Made by a program: the position numbers and the translations under genes. The notes beneath the pieces were generated by a model that was not told the DNA's origin, made no database searches, and saw nothing but the letters and a program-made list of their open reading frames with translations. A DNA stretch of 64,000 bases, from contig CAVXVB010000009.1 of NCBI GenBank assembly GCA_963765205.1, forward strand, positions 64,001 to 128,000. The letters are read 5' to 3'. This DNA comes from an uncultured Verrucomicrobiae bacterium. Its GTDB lineage: Bacteria; Verrucomicrobiota; Verrucomicrobiia; Opitutales; JABDGR01. Position 1 is the first letter of the stretch. Every line of letters begins with the position of its first letter. Below, piece by piece: positions 59,292-64,000 of the stretch.

Positions 59292-59802
59292 GGGAGTGTG
59301 CTCAGTGGAAAGCGTGATTGCTTTCAAAGCTGATTTCGCAACATTATTCTTTTTTAATTGTTTTTGCCATGGAGGTATCCACCCCCATAAAATGGCAATT
59401 GATTTTAGAAGCACAACAAGCGGACAAATTTAAGTCATGCAATCGGCGGTCGCGCCGCGATTAAATATTTCCGGGGGCGGGAATCCATCAGGTAGGGAAA
59501 CACCTCCATCGCTTGGAGGGCGCTAGAAGAGTATAATTGCGCATTTCACCTTCGCTCACGCCATGCGCTCACCCAAATGTTTCACCCCAGGTTCCGCTAC
59601 GCCCGGCGGCGAGCCGCAGCAGACCAGTCCGGGAGCGCGGCCCGTCGCGAACGACGGCCAAACGGCAAATCCTGCTCTGCCAACGCCGATTGATCAATCG
59701 CGGGCGCGGTCCCTTCCGGAGGTAGTGCCTACGCCCAAAAATGCATACAATGCAAGATACATTCCTGTCTGCCTTCGGTAGAAAATTAAATCTCATTCAA
59801 CA

Positions 59803-61011
59803 ATGCCCGGTGAAAAAATCTCATTCCCCCATTTGGCCCTGAACTCCTGGAAGACCAGCCAGCAAGGGTCGGTCGGCTGGCTCAGCCAGCGATTCGGGCG
59901 GGGCGCGGAAACGGTGGTGGCGGAGGCCTTCTCCGCAGCGGATATCCGCTTGGACGGGGCACGGCCTTGGGACATCCAGTTACATGACCCGCGCTTTTAC
60001 TCAAGGGTTCTGGCGGGCGGCACGCTGGGCATGGGGGAATCCTACATGGATGGATGGTGGGATTGCGCCAGCCTGGATGAAATGTTTTTTCGCGCCATTC
60101 GCGCCCGCCTGGATGAATATGCGCCGCTGAACCTGCGCATGCTGCTGGCCTGCGGCGCGGCCTGCTTGTTGAATCTGCAAAATCGCCGCCGCTCGCGCCA
60201 GGTCGGCTGGCGTCATTATGACTTGGGCAATGATTTTTTTGCGGCACTGCTGGGATCCACGACTCAATATTCGTGCGCTTATTATCAGGGCACGGATGAT
60301 CTGGACGTGGCCCAGCGCTTGAAGATGGACCTGATCTGCCGCAAGCTCGGTTTGCGCCCGGGCCTGAGGTTGCTGGACATCGGCTGCGGCTGGGGTGGCC
60401 TGGCCCGTTATGCGGCGAGCCAATACGGGTGCCAGGCGGTGGGGGTGACTATTTCGCAAGAGCAGCAAACCTACGCGGAGAATCTCTGCCGGGGCCTGCC
60501 TGTGGACATTCGGCTCCAGGACTATCGCGATGTAACCGAACCGTTCGACCGCATTGTCAGCGTGGGCATGTTGGAACACGTGGGCTGCAAGAATTATCGC
60601 ACCTACATGCAAGTGGCCCACCGTTGCCTGAAGGAGGGCGGCCTGTTTCTCTGCCACACGATTGGCAACCCGGTCTCCAACCTTCGCACCGATCCGTGGA
60701 TCACGTCTTACATTTTTCCCAATTCCATGCTGCCCTCCGCCGCCCAGATGGCCCACGCCGCGGAAGGCCTGTTTGTGCTGGAAGACCTGCACAATTTCGG
60801 TGCCAGTTACGACCGCACCTTGCTGGCTTGGGAGAAAAACTTCCGCAACTCCTGGTCCGATTTTCGTGAGCGCTACGGCGAGCGCTTCTACCGGATGTGG
60901 CGGTATTATCTGCTCGGCTGCGCGGCCGCCTTTCGCGCCCGGAGCCTCGAGCTGTTTCAGTTTGTCTGGTCCAAGGGCGGGGTGCCGGGCGGGTATAACG
61001 CCCCGCGTTGA
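59803..61011 (+). CDS. cfa: cyclopropane-fatty-acyl-phospholipid synthase
   Basis: GMGESYMDGWW, HYDLGND, YSCAY, LDIGCGWG, SVGMLEHVG, YIFPN, RMWRYYL. Confidence 0.95.
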   Translation: MPGEKISFPHLALNSWKTSQQGSVGWLSQRFGRGAETVVAEAFSAADIRLDGARPWDIQLHDPRFYSRVLAGGTLGMGESYMDGWWDCASLDEMFFRAIRARLDEYAPLNLRMLLACGAACLLNLQNRRRSRQVGWRHYDLGNDFFAALLGSTTQYSCAYYQGTDDLDVAQRLKMDLICRKLGLRPGLRLLDIGCGWGGLARYAASQYGCQAVGVTISQEQQTYAENLCRGLPVDIRLQDYRDVTEPFDRIVSVGMLEHVGCKNYRTYMQVAHRCLKEGGLFLCHTIGNPVSNLRTDPWITSYIFPNSMLPSAAQMAHAAEGLFVLEDLHNFGASYDRTLLAWEKNFRNSWSDFRERYGERFYRMWRYYLLGCAAAFRARSLELFQFVWSKGGVPGGYNAPR

Positions 61012-61140
61012 CTGACGGTTCCGGCCGACCGGATCACAAGCGCGGGATCACGCTCCTGCCAGCGGCCTAGCGGGTAACACCCCAATAGCCCATGACCTGT
61101 TTTTGCGGTAGTATGGGACCAGCCGATTTTTTCCTCTAAA

Positions 61141-61338
61141 ATGGAGCACCCGATGATCCCGGAATTTCAAGACGACGACAATTTGGGCGAAGGCCTGAAC
61201 CGGACGCTGAAATCCGCCGGCGCGGAGGACACCGCGCCTGAACGTTTTTGGAGCCAGCGGGAGATTGCCCGGCTGCGCCAGCGCGAACCGGCGGCGGACT
61301 TCATGGATGGAAGAATGCCGCATGAAAAATCCGGCTAG
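61141..61338 (+). CDS. small hypothetical protein
   Basis: 65-aa ATG-started ORF in an otherwise empty gap; no motif. Confidence 0.35.
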   Translation: MEHPMIPEFQDDDNLGEGLNRTLKSAGAEDTAPERFWSQREIARLRQREPAADFMDGRMPHEKSG

Positions 61339-61537
61339 CGGGTTTTCCCGCTTCACCGCTTGGATCGTAGATCCATTCCCCTGTTCCCTCAATTACGCGG
61401 CCGTCGCGTGTGATTCCATACCCCCAGGTTATGCTCCAAGCAACGTCATCCCCCGCTGGAAGGCGGACTGGTATATCGGGAAATGCGCGGAGCATTTTTC
61501 CCTTGTTTTAATGGCGGTTTTATCAATATAAAATGAC

Positions 61538-64000
61538 ATGTTAATGACGGCGCCAAACCCGGAACCTGCCACCACCGCCGCGTTGAAGGGCGGGGGTGAA
61601 ATGGGAGCGTGCGCCAAAGAGTTGCTCGCGCCTCTCAGCCTTTTGCTCGGTTCGCTGGAAGAAGGACTGGCGGATCGCGAACATACGCTGACACTGGCCC
61701 ATCGGGATCGACTGGAACTCGTGCATCGCCAGACCCTGCACCTGCTCAAACTCGCGAACACGCTGCACCAATTATCACAAATTGAAGCGGGTAAAGCCGT
61801 CCCCTTCTTCCAACCCACGGAACTGGGGGCCTTGACGGGCAAATTGGCCGCCGAGTTTCGCCCGCTTTTCGACCAGGCCCGCCTGCAATTGCTGGTGGAT
61901 TGCCCTCCGTTGCCCCGGGAAGTTTATATTGATCGGGGCATGTGGGAGGAAGTCGTCTGCAATCTTCTTTCCAATGCCTTCAAGTTTACTTTGGCGGGAG
62001 AGTGCAAGGTGGCCTTGCGGATAGTGGACGACCAGATCGAGCTAAAAGTCAGCGATGCCGGCGGGGGCATTCCGGAACACGCGGTGCCGCGCTTGTTTGA
62101 GCGATTTTACCGTGCGTCCAGCACGCGTTCACGCACCCCCGCAGGCGTGGGTTTGGGCTTGGCGTTGGTCAAGGAATTGGTGAAGTTGCATGGTGGATCG
62201 CTCAAGGTGGACAGCGTGGTTGGACGTGGCAGCACCTTTACAGTTATCCTGCCAACGGGTAAAAATCAGCTTCCGCCGGAAGGCACGAATTTCAGCTACC
62301 CAGCTGAAGATTTTTCCGTCCACCCGAGTGTCTATATTGAAGAAGCCTGGCGCTGGCTATTGGAAGACGTATCAACGGCCCTCAATGAAGAGCCCCAAGT
62401 TTCATCGGTGCCGTCACTCGAAAGACCCGCGCCGCCGGAGCCAGCCGGTCAAAAACAGCCGGCCCTGGCCGAGCGTCTGCTGCCAACGGAGGACGAGGGT
62501 GAAAATCGCTTTCGGCGGCTGGCTGAGGCCATCCCCTTTTTGATTTGGATGAGCGGCCCCGACCAGAAATTCACTTGGTTTAACAAGCCCTGGCTTGATT
62601 TCGTCGGAATGTCCATGGCCGAAGCGCAAAACGGTGGCTGGTCAAAACACATCCATCCCGATGACGTGGGCCTCGCCAACGAGACTTATCGCTCCGCCTT
62701 TGAGGCGCGGGAAAGCTTTTCCATGGAATACCGCTTACGGCGCCACGATGGCGTCTATCGCTGGATTCTGGACCAGGGCAACCCGGCTTATGGGCTGGCG
62801 GGAACCTTCACCGGTTATATTGGATCCTGCATGGACATCACCGAGTCCAAAAATCATGCCGCCGCGCTGAAGGAAGCGAATCTGCGTAAAGATGAATTTC
62901 TTGCCATGCTGGCGCATGAGCTGCGCAATCCGCTCGCGCCCATGCGCACCGCCCTCGAAGTGTTGCATCAACAAGGCCCCGCCCCGCTCTTGGTGGCCAG
63001 TGCCCAGTCAATTATTGTCCGACAGGTGGAACATTTGAGCCGGTTGGTTGATGACTTGTTGGATGTATCCCGCATCACAAGCGGTCGTATCAGCCTGAAG
63101 AAAGAACGCCTGTCGTTGGCCCTGTTGATCAATTTGTCCAAAGAGACCAGCCGACCCTTCTTGGCCGCCAAGGATCAAGAATTGCAGGTGCAGGTTCCCG
63201 CGGAACCCATTTATCTGCATGCCGACCCGGTGCGCCTGACCCAGGTTATCACCAACCTCTTAAGCAATGCCTCCAAATTTAGCGCCAGTGGCGGGAAAAT
63301 TCAACTGATCGTCGAAAGACAGGCCGGGGTCGTTCGCCTGCGGATTCTGGATAATGGCATCGGCCTGTCGAAAGAAATGCTGGGCCGCGTCTTCGACTTG
63401 TTCACCCAAGCCAACTGTTCACTGGACCGGACGGAGGGAGGCTTGGGCATTGGCCTCACGCTGGTGAAAAGGCTGGTGGAGTTGCATGGCGGCTCGGTCA
63501 ATGCCCTGAGCGAAGGCGAGGGGAAGGGGAGCGAATTCATCGTCCAATTCCCGATTGATGAACTCCCCGCGGGCCTGAAGCCACCACGGCCCCTTAAAAT
63601 TGCGGCGTCTGCTTCCTTGCGCCGAATTTTGGTGGTGGACGACAAAGTAGACGGGGCCGATAGCCTCGCCATGCTCTTTACACTGAAAGGGCACGAGGTG
63701 GAAACCGCCCACGACGGGCCCACGGCCTTGGCGGCCGTGCAGACTTTTCATCCTGACATTGTTTTGCTGGACATTGGCCTGCCGGGCATGAGTGGCTACG
63801 AGGTGGCCAAGCATCTTCAGCAAGAGCCAGCGCGCAATAAAATGCTCCTGGTGGCACTGACGGGTTACTGCCAGCCGGCGGATCAACTTCGCTCCAAGCA
63901 AGCCGGGTTTGACTTTCATATCGTCAAGCCGGCCAGTCCCCAAGCCTTGGACTCGCTCCTCAGCCTCTCTTCCCTCAAGGATCCTGTTACGCTAAAAAAA
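61538..64000 (+). CDS. hybrid sensor histidine kinase (degenerate HisKA-HATPase, PAS, HisKA-HATPase, receiver); runs off the window end
   Basis: Missing from the ORF track (no stop in window). Frame from 61538 reads NLLSNAFKFT, G.GLGLALV; PAS (IHPDD, EYRLRRHDG.YRW); LAHELRNPL; NLLSNASKF; ILVVDD, LLDIGLPGMSG, VKP. Confidence 0.92.
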   Translation, partial: MLMTAPNPEPATTAALKGGGEMGACAKELLAPLSLLLGSLEEGLADREHTLTLAHRDRLELVHRQTLHLLKLANTLHQLSQIEAGKAVPFFQPTELGALTGKLAAEFRPLFDQARLQLLVDCPPLPREVYIDRGMWEEVVCNLLSNAFKFTLAGECKVALRIVDDQIELKVSDAGGGIPEHAVPRLFERFYRASSTRSRTPAGVGLGLALVKELVKLHGGSLKVDSVVGRGSTFTVILPTGKNQLPPEGTNFSYPAEDFSVHPSVYIEEAWRWLLEDVSTALNEEPQVSSVPSLERPAPPEPAGQKQPALAERLLPTEDEGENRFRRLAEAIPFLIWMSGPDQKFTWFNKPWLDFVGMSMAEAQNGGWSKHIHPDDVGLANETYRSAFEARESFSMEYRLRRHDGVYRWILDQGNPAYGLAGTFTGYIGSCMDITESKNHAAALKEANLRKDEFLAMLAHELRNPLAPMRTALEVLHQQGPAPLLVASAQSIIVRQVEHLSRLVDDLLDVSRITSGRISLKKERLSLALLINLSKETSRPFLAAKDQELQVQVPAEPIYLHADPVRLTQVITNLLSNASKFSASGGKIQLIVERQAGVVRLRILDNGIGLSKEMLGRVFDLFTQANCSLDRTEGGLGIGLTLVKRLVELHGGSVNALSEGEGKGSEFIVQFPIDELPAGLKPPRPLKIAASASLRRILVVDDKVDGADSLAMLFTLKGHEVETAHDGPTALAAVQTFHPDIVLLDIGLPGMSGYEVAKHLQQEPARNKMLLVALTGYCQPADQLRSKQAGFDFHIVKPASPQALDSLLSLSSLKDPVTLKK

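Noticed and set aside
1..64000. tRNA, rRNA, reverse transcriptase or phage genes
   Set aside because: None recognised by eye; a covariance-model scan would be needed to exclude small RNAs.

Overview
GC-rich bacterial chromosome segment, most likely Verrucomicrobiota (Opitutales-like). This is inferred from three PEP-CTERM proteins, a type II glutamine synthetase, an ECF sigma factor with a membrane extension and leaderless promoters. Left to right: the end of a cbb3-type oxidase cluster; an ATP-grasp/alpha-E plus transglutaminase pair; a peptide ABC transporter with a fused OppB-OppC permease; an SGNH esterase; two paralogous YncE-like beta-propellers; an FGE-domain protein; a PP2C phosphatase with a 127-aa minimal kinase divergent from sigma54-type glnII; two PEP-CTERM proteins; two PilT-family ATPases; a 3469-aa repeat-built PEP-CTERM protein; an IS5-like element; an xseB-dxs-thiG-thiH-thiS-apaG run interleaved with small cargo genes (toxin-antitoxin components, SseB, DUF4288-like, an IS630-disrupted membrane gene); an ECF/TPR pair; a triple alpha/beta-hydrolase bracketed by two ~330-bp direct repeats carrying C25/C26 tracts; an M20 peptidase; an RRM protein; ArsR plus a triple SRPBCC protein; a truncated IS1595; cfa; and a double-kinase hybrid sensor running off the end. 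No rRNA, tRNA, CRISPR array, integrase or reverse transcriptase was seen. The most unusual non-coding signals are the compound poly-C direct repeat and a family of 7-bp/9-bp periodic, often palindromic, intergenic elements found at many gene junctions, including those where cargo genes sit. Family names come from motif recognition only; no searches were run.
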